Below, in pieces: positions 10,766-21,112 of a DNA stretch of 64,000 bases (position 1 is its first letter; each line of letters begins with the position of its first letter). The stretch comes from an uncultured Planctomycetaceae bacterium. Its GTDB lineage: Bacteria; Planctomycetota; Planctomycetia; Isosphaerales; Isosphaeraceae. The DNA lies in assembly GCA_963833985.1 (NCBI GenBank), contig CAWIAD010000001.1, positions 2,092,271-2,156,270 of the forward strand. The letters are read 5' to 3'. The notes beneath the pieces are model-generated. The model made no database searches, was not told where the DNA came from, and saw only the letters and a program-made list of their open reading frames with translations. Position numbers and translations under genes: made by a program.

Positions 10766-12502
10766 TCACGGCGTGATGGCCGACAGGTGGTCTGCCACCG
10801 GGCCAAGCACGAGGGCGGGCATGAACGACAGCGCGCCGACCAGGAGCACGGTCCCGAGCAGCATGCAGGCGAAGGTCAGGTTGTCGGTGCGCAGGGTGCC
10901 GGTGGAGTAGGGCACGCGCTTCTTCGCCGCCAGGAACCCGGCCAGGACGATCGGCAAGACCAGGGCCGGAAATCGGCCCAGCAGCAACACCATTCCCGTG
11001 GCGACGTTCCAGGCCGGCGTGTTGTCTCCCAGGCCTTCAAAGCCGGAGCCGTTATTCGCGGACGCCGATGTGAACTCGTAGAGGATCTCGGAGAAGCCGT
11101 GCGCGCCGGGGTTCGCCGTCGCCTTCGCCCCCCAGTCGGTGGCCGCGAACAGGCCGGCCCCCGCCAGGATCAGCAAAGGATGCATGAGCATCACGATCAT
11201 GGCGAGCTTGACCTCGCGCGCCTCCACCTTCTTTCCCAGGTACTCCGGCGTGCGGCCGACCATGAGCCCGGCAAGGAAGACGGCGACGATGATGAACATG
11301 AGCATGTTCTCAAACCCGGCACCAATGCCGCTGAACACCACGTTCAGCATCATCATGGACAAGGGCACGATGCCGGTGATCGGGTTCAAGCTGTCGTGCA
11401 TGCTATTGACCGAACCGTTGGACGTTCCCGTGGTCATCGCGGCCCAGGTGGCCGAGGCGACCGGACCCAGCCTGGTTTCCTTGCCTTCCATGTTGGCGCC
11501 CTCGGCCACTCCGGAGAGGTTCGCCGTCGCGGCCGATGGCCTGGTTTCGGCCCAGATGGCCACCGAGGCCCCCACGACCATCAGGCTGAGCATCACGCCG
11601 AAGATCACCGCCGCGTGCTTCCGTTCCTTGAGCATCAGGCCGGCCATCACGATGGACGCCATGGGCAGCATGACAATGAGCGCGATCGATACGAGGTTCG
11701 TCCACGGGGTCGGGTTTTCGAATGGATGAGCCGAGTTGGGCCCGAAGAACCCGCCTCCATTGGTTCCCGCCTGCTTGATCGCCACCAGCGCAGCCACAGG
11801 CCCGCGGGCGATGGTTTGCGTCTCCATGCCGGCGCCTGCACCGTCGATCGTCTGCGCCGGGGCCGCGGCGCTGAAGGTCATGGGCGTGCCCTGGGAGACC
11901 AGGAACAGTGACACCACCACGGCGACGGGCATGAAGACATAGAGCAGCCCGCGCATCATGTCCAGGTAGAAATCACCCAGGTGCGTGTCACCGCGCAGGC
12001 CGCGGATGACCGCGAGCATCGCCGCCAGGCCCACCGCCGGCGTCACGAACATGAGCCAGACGATGCCACCAAGCTGGCAGAAGTACGAGAGGTGCTGTTC
12101 ACCGGAGTAATGCTGAAGGTTGGTGTTGGTGACGAACGAGCAGACCGTATTGAACACGACGGCCGTATCGGCGTCCTTGTGTTCCACTCCCGCGGCATCC
12201 TTGTAGCCGAGTGCGCCCAAGGAGCCCTTACCGTCAGGGTTCAGCGGCAGGTGCGGCTGCGCGTAGAGCAGGCCGAAAGTGATCACGAAAAGCGCGGCGT
12301 TGAAGGTCAGAAGTGCGAAGCAGTACTGCTTCCAGTTCATCGCCGCGGGCTGCCGCCGGCCGAGCAGCCGGCACAGGAACATCGGCACGGCATCGAGACC
12401 GCGTCCGATGCGATCCGGCCGCGGATCGAGCGCGCGGAACATCGAGTATCCCAGCGGCAACGACGCTGCGATGGGCAATCCGAACGCCCAGAACGGGTGC
12501 AT
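10766..12502 (-). CDS. kdpA: K+-transporting ATPase subunit A
   Basis: SFVTNTNLQHYSGE, GTNGGGFFGPNSAHPFENP, GRTPEYLGKK, SANNGSGFEG. Confidence 0.98.
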   Translation of the reverse strand: MHPFWAFGLPIAASLPLGYSMFRALDPRPDRIGRGLDAVPMFLCRLLGRRQPAAMNWKQYCFALLTFNAALFVITFGLLYAQPHLPLNPDGKGSLGALGYKDAAGVEHKDADTAVVFNTVCSFVTNTNLQHYSGEQHLSYFCQLGGIVWLMFVTPAVGLAAMLAVIRGLRGDTHLGDFYLDMMRGLLYVFMPVAVVVSLFLVSQGTPMTFSAAAPAQTIDGAGAGMETQTIARGPVAALVAIKQAGTNGGGFFGPNSAHPFENPTPWTNLVSIALIVMLPMASIVMAGLMLKERKHAAVIFGVMLSLMVVGASVAIWAETRPSAATANLSGVAEGANMEGKETRLGPVASATWAAMTTGTSNGSVNSMHDSLNPITGIVPLSMMMLNVVFSGIGAGFENMLMFIIVAVFLAGLMVGRTPEYLGKKVEAREVKLAMIVMLMHPLLILAGAGLFAATDWGAKATANPGAHGFSEILYEFTSASANNGSGFEGLGDNTPAWNVATGMVLLLGRFPALVLPIVLAGFLAAKKRVPYSTGTLRTDNLTFACMLLGTVLLVGALSFMPALVLGPVADHLSAITP

Positions 12503-12554
12503 CCAGGCATAAGAAGATCCCACAAATCACTCCTCTTGTGCAAATGGCTGTGAG

Positions 12555-12635
12555 TCAGAACCGTTCCGGCCGCAGCATGGCGTAGACGAGGTACACCAGG
12601 GCCGCCACGGTGACAAGCGCGGTGACATAGAGCAC
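12555..12635 (-). CDS. kdpF: K+-transporting ATPase subunit F
   Basis: (V)LYVTALVTVAALVYLVYAMLRPERF matches the KdpF YL..AL..PE.F signature. Confidence 0.9.
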   Translation of the reverse strand: MLYVTALVTVAALVYLVYAMLRPERF

Positions 12636-12654
12636 GTCGATCTCTCCCGGGAAA

Positions 12655-12735
12655 CTAGAGCCGGTCGCACGCGGCGACCAGGCCGAAAAAGAGCCCGAAC
12701 AGCAGCATTCCAAGGGCAAACGTCGCAATGGCCAA
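12655..12735 (-). CDS. 26-aa membrane peptide upstream of kdpF
   Basis: AGGAG RBS, TTG start, (M)AIATFALGMLLFGLFFGLVAACDRL; too short for the ORF track. Confidence 0.7.
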   Translation of the reverse strand: MAIATFALGMLLFGLFFGLVAACDRL

Positions 12736-12919
12736 GGTACGTCTCCTGAGAAGGGCCTTGAGGGTTCAAGAGACCCACGCGGGCCGTTTCCAAGCACCAG
12801 AAACGGGACAGAACAGTGATCTCGGCCGGGACTGCGGCTGCGGCCAGCGCATGTTCTGGCGATCCCCGGAAGTCGGCGTCGATCCCGCTTCGGCAATCGC
12901 CAGTCGCCAGGCCCGAACG

Positions 12920-13543
12920 CTACATTTGCAGCAGCTCTCCGACGGCACGGAACGAGAAGGTGTCAGGGTGCAGTCGGCAGGACTGAAGTGCCTGACGCAG
13001 CTTCTGCACCTGCGGCGTGCCCGGCCGGAGGCTGTCCGACACACGCAGGAAGAACTCGGCATCGTCGAACTCGCGGCGCTCCAGAGCCAGCCGGCAACGC
13101 CTGAGGTTCTCCTCGAACAGGGCGCTTGGACCAGGAGGTACCGGCTCCTGCCGATCCAGAGCGTGCCGGGTCGCGGCCCGGGCGCAGGCCTGGGCGGTGA
13201 CGGACCGCAGCGTGGTCGGGCTGATGGGCTTGGGCAAGAAATCCAGGGCACCGAGCTTCATCGCCGCCACGGCGTCGGGAACGCTGCCGTGCGCCGTGAT
13301 GATGATTACCGGTGTATCGTCGCCGGCATCACGCAGCCGCGCCAGGGTCTCCATGCCGCAGGCCCTGGGCATCTTCAGATCGAGCAAGATCAGATCGGTC
13401 GGCACCTGACGAAGCTGCTCGAGCGCCTCGTCGCCGTCGCCCGCCTCGGTCACCTGGTACCCGATCGCTTCCAGGGCGGTCCGGAAGACGAGCCGGACAT
13501 TGGGCTCATCATCCACGATCAGGATTCGTTGGCTCGTATCCAT
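12920..13543 (-). CDS. Response regulator with no recognisable DNA-binding output
   Basis: ILIVDDE, LLDLKMP, ITAHG, FLPKP, then a short helical C-terminal domain. Confidence 0.9.
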   Translation of the reverse strand: MDTSQRILIVDDEPNVRLVFRTALEAIGYQVTEAGDGDEALEQLRQVPTDLILLDLKMPRACGMETLARLRDAGDDTPVIIITAHGSVPDAVAAMKLGALDFLPKPISPTTLRSVTAQACARAATRHALDRQEPVPPGPSALFEENLRRCRLALERREFDDAEFFLRVSDSLRPGTPQVQKLRQALQSCRLHPDTFSFRAVGELLQM

Positions 13544-13568
13544 GGACTCGCCTGCATCCTCCCCTGAA

Positions 13569-15464
13569 TCAAACCTGGCTCACGGTGAGCCGGTTCTGGC
13601 CGGACATCCCGGTCCCGTCCTGCTCTTCCATGGCCGCCGGCAGACTGAACGTGAAGGTCGTCCCCTTGCCGAGCGTGCTCTGAACTTCGATCTGACCGCC
13701 GTGGGCGACGATGATCTCGTGCACGATCGCCAGCCCGAGCCCGGCCCCACCCTGGTGCCTTGCCCCGGGCGCACGGAAAAACTTGTCAAAGACGCGCGGC
13801 AGGAACTGTGCGGGAATGCCCTCGCCGCTGTCTTCCACCGTGAACCGTACCTGGCCTGGCTGCACGGCTGCCGCCCGCAAGGTGATGGTCCCCCCGCGTC
13901 CGGTATGCCGCAGCGCGTTGGTCATGAGGTTGTCGAAGACGTGCTGGATCCGCTCCCCGTCCACCAGGACCTGGGACAGATGCGGATCGAGCTGCGTCCG
14001 CAGCGTGATCCCTGCGTCCTGTGCTGCCGGCCTGTGCCGTTCGAGCGCATCGCTGACCAGCGACTCGGCGGCGGCCGGTTGCTGCTCGAGCGCCACGCGC
14101 CCCTGCTCGATCCGGGTCAGGTCAAGCAGATCATTGATCATGCCCAGCAGCCGGTCAGAATCTTGCCGCGCCGCCAGGAGCAACTCCGTCTGCTTGGGCG
14201 AGAGCGGCCCCACCGCCTCCTCGAGCAGCAAGTGGACGACCATTTGCAAGCTGGTCAGAGGCGTCTTCAGCTCGTGGCTGACGGTCGAGATCATGTCGCT
14301 CTTGAGCTGATCCAGGAGATGGAACTTCGTGACGTCGGAAAGCACGACCGCGGCACCGAGCAGCTCTCCCGAGTCGCTGCGGATCCGCAGCACGCGCGGC
14401 AGAAAATAGCGGTCCTGGTTGCCGTCGCGGAGAAACATCGCCTGTTCCAGGCTCAGCGGGAGGTAGTCTGCCTGACCCTGGAGCACGGAATCGAGATGCG
14501 CCTTGAGCGCCGGCGGGGCGATCCAGGGCAACGCCTCTCCCGCCGCATCGGGCATGACTTGCAGGAGCCTTCTGGCAGCCGGGTTGGCGCGCTCCACGCC
14601 TCCCTGGAGATCGACCACGACGACGGGATCGGGGAACGAGTCGATCGTGGCCTGAGCCGTCTTCTGGGCCCGCAGGAGGCGCAGCGTCCCCGCTTCGCGG
14701 TACTCACGAACCGTCCGGGCCATGGTATTGAACGCCTGACCCAGCTCTCCCAGCTCATCCTGGGTCGTCGCGGGCACCACCTGGTTCAGGTTTCCCTGCG
14801 CCACGGCACGCGCGGCCTGGGTCACGGCCACGATCGGTTCCAGGATCAGCCGCGTGAGCACCCGCGCCGAGGCAATCGCCAGGCCGACGGCCACCAGCAG
14901 CGCCGTGATCATCAACCGGGTGGAACTGGCCGCGTTTCGAAGTGCCTGCTCGTTCATCTCTTCCATGTTGCGCTGGTTCAGGAACAGGACGCGGTCCTCA
15001 AGCTTGCGAAGGTTTTCAAACCGGGGGAGGAGCCTCGCGAAATAAAGGTCGGCCCGGTCGGCGGTGGTGGTGTTCCCCACCAGCCTGAAGTAGTCGTCGG
15101 CCTGCTTGAGATACTCCTGGTACTCGGCTGTCAGTTCGGCAACGAGTTCACGCTCGCCGGGAACCGTGATGTTGTTCTGCTCCACCTGGAGCTGGCGTTC
15201 GAATTCCTCCTTCGACCTGTCGAACGAATCGCGAGCGTGGCCATACCGCCCACTGAAGGAAAACATGAGCGCTGAGTCCATCCGCTCGAGTGCTTCTTTC
15301 ATCCGTTCCACGGCAATCACGCTGCGGTAGTTCTCACGCAGGATCACGTCGATACTGCCTCCCAGTCCGTAGAACATGGCAATGGCCCAGAGCCCAAGGC
15401 CGATGAGGATTGCCAGCAACGGCAGGAAGCCAAACAGCAGCTTCAGTCGCAACGTTTTGAACAT
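13569..15464 (-). CDS. KinB-like HAMP/PAS sensor histidine kinase
   Basis: Two TMs around a helical sensor, HAMP (DELGELGQAFN), HELKTPL H-box, N/G1/F/G2 boxes. Confidence 0.93.
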   Translation of the reverse strand: MFKTLRLKLLFGFLPLLAILIGLGLWAIAMFYGLGGSIDVILRENYRSVIAVERMKEALERMDSALMFSFSGRYGHARDSFDRSKEEFERQLQVEQNNITVPGERELVAELTAEYQEYLKQADDYFRLVGNTTTADRADLYFARLLPRFENLRKLEDRVLFLNQRNMEEMNEQALRNAASSTRLMITALLVAVGLAIASARVLTRLILEPIVAVTQAARAVAQGNLNQVVPATTQDELGELGQAFNTMARTVREYREAGTLRLLRAQKTAQATIDSFPDPVVVVDLQGGVERANPAARRLLQVMPDAAGEALPWIAPPALKAHLDSVLQGQADYLPLSLEQAMFLRDGNQDRYFLPRVLRIRSDSGELLGAAVVLSDVTKFHLLDQLKSDMISTVSHELKTPLTSLQMVVHLLLEEAVGPLSPKQTELLLAARQDSDRLLGMINDLLDLTRIEQGRVALEQQPAAAESLVSDALERHRPAAQDAGITLRTQLDPHLSQVLVDGERIQHVFDNLMTNALRHTGRGGTITLRAAAVQPGQVRFTVEDSGEGIPAQFLPRVFDKFFRAPGARHQGGAGLGLAIVHEIIVAHGGQIEVQSTLGKGTTFTFSLPAAMEEQDGTGMSGQNRLTVSQV

Positions 15465-15495
15465 GCTCTTGCTCGTCACATCGAGACCCATTCAA

Positions 15496-15511
15496 AGCAA
15501 GCGCCATGCCA
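15496..15511 (-). promoter_or_regulatory. sigma54 (-24/-12) promoter
   Basis: TGGCATGGCGCTTGCT with GG-N10-GC spacing, about 30 nt before the kinase ATG. Confidence 0.85.
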
Positions 15512-15598
15512 GGCTCGTAGCCGCGAGCGGAAGTCATGGCCCGTCGTTGATTTATGATTTCTGGCCCAGTTCAGACGTGCGATCCGGGGCCGGCCGCC

Positions 15599-15650
15599 GT
15601 CATGCATTCCGCAAGACCTGGACCCCCGCGGGTCATGCAAGTTGCAAGAG
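15599..15650. promoter_or_regulatory. Tandem putative enhancer (UAS) sites
   Basis: GTCATGCATTCCGCAAGAC (15599) and GTCATGCAAGTTGCAAGAG (15632), 33 bp apart, each with a TGCA-N3-(T/C)GCA dyad. Confidence 0.6.
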
Positions 15651-15728
15651 CCAGAAGTGGGCGGCGTGCTTCACTCCAGGGCAGGGCGGGGGGGCCGTAC
15701 CCGTCCCTGCCCAGCGTCGCCGACCCGT

Positions 15729-17077
15729 TCAAAGCCCCAGTTGTTTTCGCTTGCGGTAAAGCGTGCTGGGATCGATGCCGAGGATGCGCGCGGCCTCATC
15801 CCGCGTTTCCGTGTTCTGGAGGATGAGCCGGATGTGCTCGGCCTCGAGTTGCTCGAGCGTGAACCGGCCACCCGGCCGGATCATTCCCTGGGGCCTCTCT
15901 GTCTCACCGGAAGGCGCGCCGGCCACACGTCCGGGCAGATCACCGAGCTCGATTGGACCGTCGCAAGCGAACAGCACGGCGCGCTCGATGGCATTGCGCA
16001 GCTCTCTCAGGTTCCCCGGCCAGGAGTACATGGACATTGCCTCCCGGGCCGCGGCCGAGAAGCCATCGGGTTTGTGGCCGAGCTGGCGGCTGAAGAAAGA
16101 GAGCAAGGCCGTGGCCAGCTCCATCCGGTCGGCACGCATACGAAGCGGAGGAAGAGTGAACTCGACGACATTGAGCCGATAGAGCAGGTCCTCCCGGAAT
16201 CGACCGGCGGCGACCTCGGTCTCGAGATCACGGTTGGTCGCCGCGATCAACCGCACCTCGGCGCTCTGCGTGCGGGTGTCGCCGACCCGCTCGTACTTGC
16301 GCTCCTGTAGAAACCGCAGGAGTTTGGGTTGCAGGGGCAAGGGCAAGTCGGCGATCTCATCCAGGAAGAGCGTGCCGCCGGCGGCCGCGGCCACCTTGCC
16401 GAAGGTATCACGGACCGCGCCCGTGAATGCGCCCGGACGTGACCGAACATCTCGCTCTCCAGCAAGTCGCTACTCAGGCTGGGGCAGCTTACCGTCACAA
16501 ACGGCCCGGACGCCCTTCCGCTCCAGCCGTGGATCCGCCTGGCAAGAACGCCCTTTCCCGTGCCGCTCTCGCCCCTGACCAGGACGATCGCGTCGCTGGC
16601 GGCCACGCGCCGGGCCTGCTGGAGGATCCTGGCGAGCTGCGGATCCGAGCTTTCCAGGACCGCCTCCGGCACCTCGCTGCGGACCTGCTCCTCGAGATCC
16701 GCGACGCGCCGGTGCAGCTTGCGAAACTGCTCCGTGCGCTCCAGCACCGCACGGATCTGTGCTGGAGTGAAGGGCTTGGGCAGAAAATCGAAAGCGCCTC
16801 GGCGCATCGCCTCCACCGCGCTGTCAATGCTGCCATGGGCCGTGATGATCACCACGGCCAGGTGGGGCCGTTCCCGGAGCGCCTGCTCCATGAGGTCCAG
16901 TCCCGATTCCACCCCCAGACGCAAATCCACCAGCAATGCGTCGTAGGAGTTCCGCTCGAGCTGCGCCAGGGCAGAGGACCGGTCGGTCGCCTCCGCGGCT
17001 TTGTGGCCCATGGCTTCGAGGGCGATCTTCAGGGTCTGGCGGATGTGCGGCTCGTCATCGACGACCAGGATGCGCAT
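15729..17077 (-). CDS. AlgB/NtrC-like sigma54-dependent response regulator; apparent frameshift near 16433
   Basis: Receiver domain; GESGTGK; GAFTGA is restored by adding one G; LFLDEI; WPGNLREL; [15 protein letters not shown]. Confidence 0.92.
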
Positions 17078-17185
17078 GGCAAGGGGACCACAGCAGGTGA
17101 GCGAGTTCGCGTTCACCCTATTGTGGCACACCGGCGGCAGCGGTGGGAATTCCGCCCTCGCCCTGAGGGGCGGAGCCTCGTTCGC

Positions 17186-19057
17186 TCATGAACTGGTGCA
17201 GGAGTGGTCCGCGGCGATGGGAGCCGCCCTGTCGGCCGCGCTCTGGCGGCCTCGTTTCTGCTCGGCGAAGAAGTTTTCGAGGTTCGACCGCGCCGTGCGG
17301 TCCTCGGGGCAAAGCTTGAGTGCCTTGACCAGGTGCGAGCGAGCCTCGTATGTCTTCCCCTGGAGGGCCAGGATCACACCCAGGTCGCGATGCGCCTCGG
17401 CGAGGTAGGGGTCCAGCTCCAGCGCCCGCCGCAACGGATCCTCGGCCAGGTCCGGGTGGTGCAGCAGCAGCAGCAAGCTGGCCAGGTGATGATGCATCTT
17501 GGGCAAATCGGGCGCGAAGTCCACGCCCCGGCGCATGGTACGGATGGCCTCGATATCATTCCCCTGCCGGGCCAATGCCTCGGCCAGGTAGAGATGCGCC
17601 TTGGCCGAACGCGGCGCGATCCGCACCGCCGCCTGGTACTGCACCATGGCGTCGTCGTCGAAACCCACCTGGGTCAATGCCAGCGCGAGATTGCCGTGTG
17701 CCTCGAGGGAACGGTCGGACCCGACCTGCAAGGCATGGTCCCAGAGCGCCACCGAATGACGCCAGGTCGCGCACTGGTACCAGCTCAGGCAGCAAAGGAC
17801 CAGGGCTGCCGTGACCGCAAGGCCGGCCGAGGCAATCCGGATGGCCGGCCGACATCCCAGGAGCCGCACCAGCAAGAAGGCCAGTACGGGCACCCAGGGA
17901 AGGCTTGCGGCATAGCTGTAGCGGTCGGCCGCGAGCTGCGGGCTGTAGCGAACGAGCCCCGAGTTGGGTGCCAGGATGATGAGGTAGGCCACCCATGCTG
18001 CCGCGAAGGCCGGCCACCGTCTGCGCTCTCGCCAGGCGAGCAGGCTGACAGCGAGCACGCCGGCCGCGCACGCCGCGAAGCCTGGCTGCGTGAGCCGCAC
18101 CCACCTGTCCTCCTCACGGGGATAGACGATTGTCAGGCCGATGGGAAGCATCGTCTTGGCGGGATAGAACCAGAGCCCGTAGGCCGCGTCGGCGAGCCGT
18201 GCGGAGAGCGGAGCCGCCACCGGCTCTCCGCTGTCGAACTGCGGGTAGTTCTTCGCCCGGTAGGCCAGGTACATCATCACCAGGCTGAAGATGAGGAGGG
18301 GCAGCTTCTCCGCCAGGATGGTCGCCCACCGCCAGCAAGCGCAAATGCGTGTCCCGTCCTGCCGAAACCGGCCCAGCGGGTGGGCATCCAGGACCAGGAG
18401 CAGCAGCGGGTAAGTCACGGCCACGGCCTTGAAGAGCATCGCGGCCGCTCCAAGCAGGTAGCCGCCGGCCAGGTAGATTCTCCGGGTCGACCAGGGAATC
18501 TCCCCATCAAAGGCTTTCACGTATGCGGCGATTCCCAGCAGCATGCATAGCACGCTGGGCAGATAGGGCTGAGCCGAAAGCCAGACCACCGCCTCGGTAC
18601 GGAGCGGGTGAACGCCGTACAGGAGCGTGGCCAGACCCACGCCAAGCAATTCCGCTCGCGAGTTCCGGCCGGGCCGGCCGCGCCGGGCGCGATCGAGCAA
18701 GATCCAGGCGGCCGCGAACAGTGCCACGCAGGTCATGGCGTGCAAGCCAAGACTCACCGCGTGATAGCCGCCAGGGTGTAGACTCCAGAGCGCGAACTCC
18801 AGGAAGATGAGGACCCAGGACAGGGGCTGGTAAACACCCAGCCAGCAGGTTGTCCAGGCCCAGGCCAGCTTCTTACAAACCGCATAGTTAAGCGCCTGGT
18901 TGCCGACGAAGTTCCGGTTATCGTCCATGTTCACGAAATCACAGCCGATCGCCGGCAGGAAGGCGATGACCGCCGCAACCGCGATCCAGAAGCCAATGCG
19001 CAATCCCAGACGACGACTGGAGCTCTCCTGATCCTCTTCCCCGCTCACCCGATTCAT
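17186..19057 (-). CDS. TMTC-like multi-TM protein with C-terminal TPRs (putative GT-C glycosyltransferase)
   Basis: FVNMDD, YQPL, HPLRTEAVVW, FKAVAV, EKLP, ADRYSY, W..SVALWDHAL, then TPR repeats. Confidence 0.85.
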   Translation of the reverse strand: MNRVSGEEDQESSSRRLGLRIGFWIAVAAVIAFLPAIGCDFVNMDDNRNFVGNQALNYAVCKKLAWAWTTCWLGVYQPLSWVLIFLEFALWSLHPGGYHAVSLGLHAMTCVALFAAAWILLDRARRGRPGRNSRAELLGVGLATLLYGVHPLRTEAVVWLSAQPYLPSVLCMLLGIAAYVKAFDGEIPWSTRRIYLAGGYLLGAAAMLFKAVAVTYPLLLLVLDAHPLGRFRQDGTRICACWRWATILAEKLPLLIFSLVMMYLAYRAKNYPQFDSGEPVAAPLSARLADAAYGLWFYPAKTMLPIGLTIVYPREEDRWVRLTQPGFAACAAGVLAVSLLAWRERRRWPAFAAAWVAYLIILAPNSGLVRYSPQLAADRYSYAASLPWVPVLAFLLVRLLGCRPAIRIASAGLAVTAALVLCCLSWYQCATWRHSVALWDHALQVGSDRSLEAHGNLALALTQVGFDDDAMVQYQAAVRIAPRSAKAHLYLAEALARQGNDIEAIRTMRRGVDFAPDLPKMHHHLASLLLLLHHPDLAEDPLRRALELDPYLAEAHRDLGVILALQGKTYEARSHLVKALKLCPEDRTARSNLENFFAEQKRGRQSAADRAAPIAADHSCTSS

Positions 19058-19338
19058 CTCCAGGGCTCCCCGGCTAACCTCCGAGAGTGGCGCAACGCGG
19101 TCCCCACACCTTTTAAATAGAACATGAAAGGCAATCGCTCAAACGACGGCCATTCCATGATCTCATGCGACGATACGAGATCCGGATCGCCCGGCCGCTG
19201 CCGGGGCCTCGGCGCTCGACCACAAAGTGAGTCTTTGCTCGTGACTTCCGCGATGACACCGGTATTATTCAGAGGACGCACTCATCTAGCTATTCATAGC
19301 ATCAACTTCGCCCGGAATTTGAGCGAGGAGGTCTGGAC

Positions 19339-20016
19339 ATGATCTCCGGTTCCCGGTGTATGCACTGCCAGCACGAACTGGCTCCCCCGGATGCACTGCG
19401 CCGCGGGCCACTCCGTTGCCCTGGCTGCGGCCGCGTGGTGGCCGACGAGGCTGCTTGCGAATCCGACCGGACAGCGCCCGTGGACAGGGTCGAATTGAGT
19501 CCGCCGGCCGCCGTCACGGCGATTTATGATCTTGTCATCCCTGACACGGAGTTGCCCGGGGCAATGGCCCTGGACTCAGCCTTGCCGCTTCGCTGCACGG
19601 CTGCTGCGGTCACGGGCCAGGCGAGGGCAGCCGAGGAGCGTACGCTGCTCGAGATCGTCAAGGATAGCGCCCTGGGAGCAAGTCAGCTGCAAGGACTCAG
19701 CCTCTGTCTGGTGGCGCTGAGCATTGCGGATATCCTGATGACGTTCGCGCTGCTGCGCAATGACGAGAGCTATTACGAGTCGAACCCGGTCGCAGGCTGG
19801 TTCTTCGCCCGCTGGAACATGGCTGGCCTGGTCGCGTTCAAGTTCTCGGCGATCGCCGGCGCCATCGCGCTGGGCGAGCTCATCGAGCGGCGCCGTGGTG
19901 GGCTCGGTAAGCTGGTGCTCGCGGTCGGCTGCGCGGCCGCGGCTGCCGTCGTCTGGCACAGCCTGCGTCTGTATCTGGGGACCTCCGGACTGCCGATCGT
20001 CGGAGACATCGGTTGA
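19339..20016 (+). CDS. DUF5658-like membrane protein with N-terminal Zn-ribbon
   Basis: CMHC...CPGC, then DILMTFALL...[10 protein letters not shown]...LVAFK. Confidence 0.7.
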   Translation: MISGSRCMHCQHELAPPDALRRGPLRCPGCGRVVADEAACESDRTAPVDRVELSPPAAVTAIYDLVIPDTELPGAMALDSALPLRCTAAAVTGQARAAEERTLLEIVKDSALGASQLQGLSLCLVALSIADILMTFALLRNDESYYESNPVAGWFFARWNMAGLVAFKFSAIAGAIALGELIERRRGGLGKLVLAVGCAAAAAVVWHSLRLYLGTSGLPIVGDIG

Positions 20017-20047
20017 TGCGGAGAGGGCGACCGGTTCCCGTGAATTC

Positions 20048-21059
20048 TCAGAACGCGTCCGCCGAGAGGATCTCGCCACCATCTCGTGTGGACAGGCTGC
20101 GCCAGGATGCCAGGCTGACGGAATCGCGCACGAAGCCGACATGGCCGTCGCAATAAAGCACGTTGACCCCGCCGGGATGGAAGCTGCGCCGGCCTTCCAG
20201 CCCGGGTTGTGATAAGTCACGCAGTCGTCCCGGATGGAATTCGGTCCCAGGTAATGATTGTAGAGAGTGTTCAAATAATTGCCGTCCCACCAGCTCGAGC
20301 CCTTGAAGAGCATCCACCCGCGGCCGGCGGCGGAGCAGGCGTCGTCCGTGAGCGGAGCCGACCAGACACGCGCGAAGGCCCGCACGCGCGGGCTCGGCGC
20401 CGGGGATGGCGAGGTCTGCGTGTAGGTTCCGGGAATTCCCAGCGGCTGCTCGGACGCGGCTGCGGTGCCGCTGGCGCCGTCGCGGATCGTCGCCAGCGAT
20501 TGCGACGGTCCGAGGATGAACGCCCCGTTGGCAAGAGTGGCGTCTCCTCCGTTGGAGCCGTCGCCGGCGCAGAAGGCGTAGTTCGTTGGCCCTGAGGTCG
20601 GATCGGGCGGAACCCCGCCATCGCTGGGGCACAGAAAGAGCGCGACGCTGGTCCCCATGGCCGTGGCATTGGCCGGGTAGTACGGCCAGAAGGCCGAGCT
20701 GGAACCGGATGCCGGCTGGTGGGCGATCGGAAAGTTGAAATTGAGGGCGCCATAAAGCACGGTCTGCTCGAGGAAGGGCGCCATCTGGGCCAGCGCCGAC
20801 CAGCGATACTGCTGCGGTGACGAGTCGGGCAGAACGTTGTTCTTCGTGGGATAGAGGAATCCCACGGGGAAGCAGTTGAGGGCCGAGTGGTAATTGTGCA
20901 GCGCGATGCCGAGCTGTTTCAGGTTGCTCAGGCACTGGGTGCGCCGGGCGGCCTCGCGCGCGGCCTGCACTGCTGGCAGGAGCAGCGCGATCAGCACCGC
21001 GATGATGGCGATCACGACCAGCAGTTCGATGAGGGTGAACCCCGGTTGCGGCCGGGCAT
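20048..21059 (-). CDS. DUF1559 family protein; apparent frameshifts near 20189 and probably 21043
   Basis: [33 protein letters not shown]; the C-terminal [17 protein letters not shown] is in another frame; start position is inferred. Confidence 0.9.
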
Positions 21060-21112
21060 GCAGCCGGAGACGCGCACGCGACGTTCCAGCGTCCCTCGCA
21101 TCATCCGGCCAG

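Noticed and set aside
8533-10776. Long antisense ORFs (e.g. 747 aa opposite kdpB; also 13500-15275, 31056-32780, 45882-47594)
   Set aside because: Shadow ORFs expected in high-GC DNA; no recognisable motifs.
12740-12919. Separate sigma54 promoter directly before kdpF
   Set aside because: No GG-N10-GC motif with correct spacing found in this interval.
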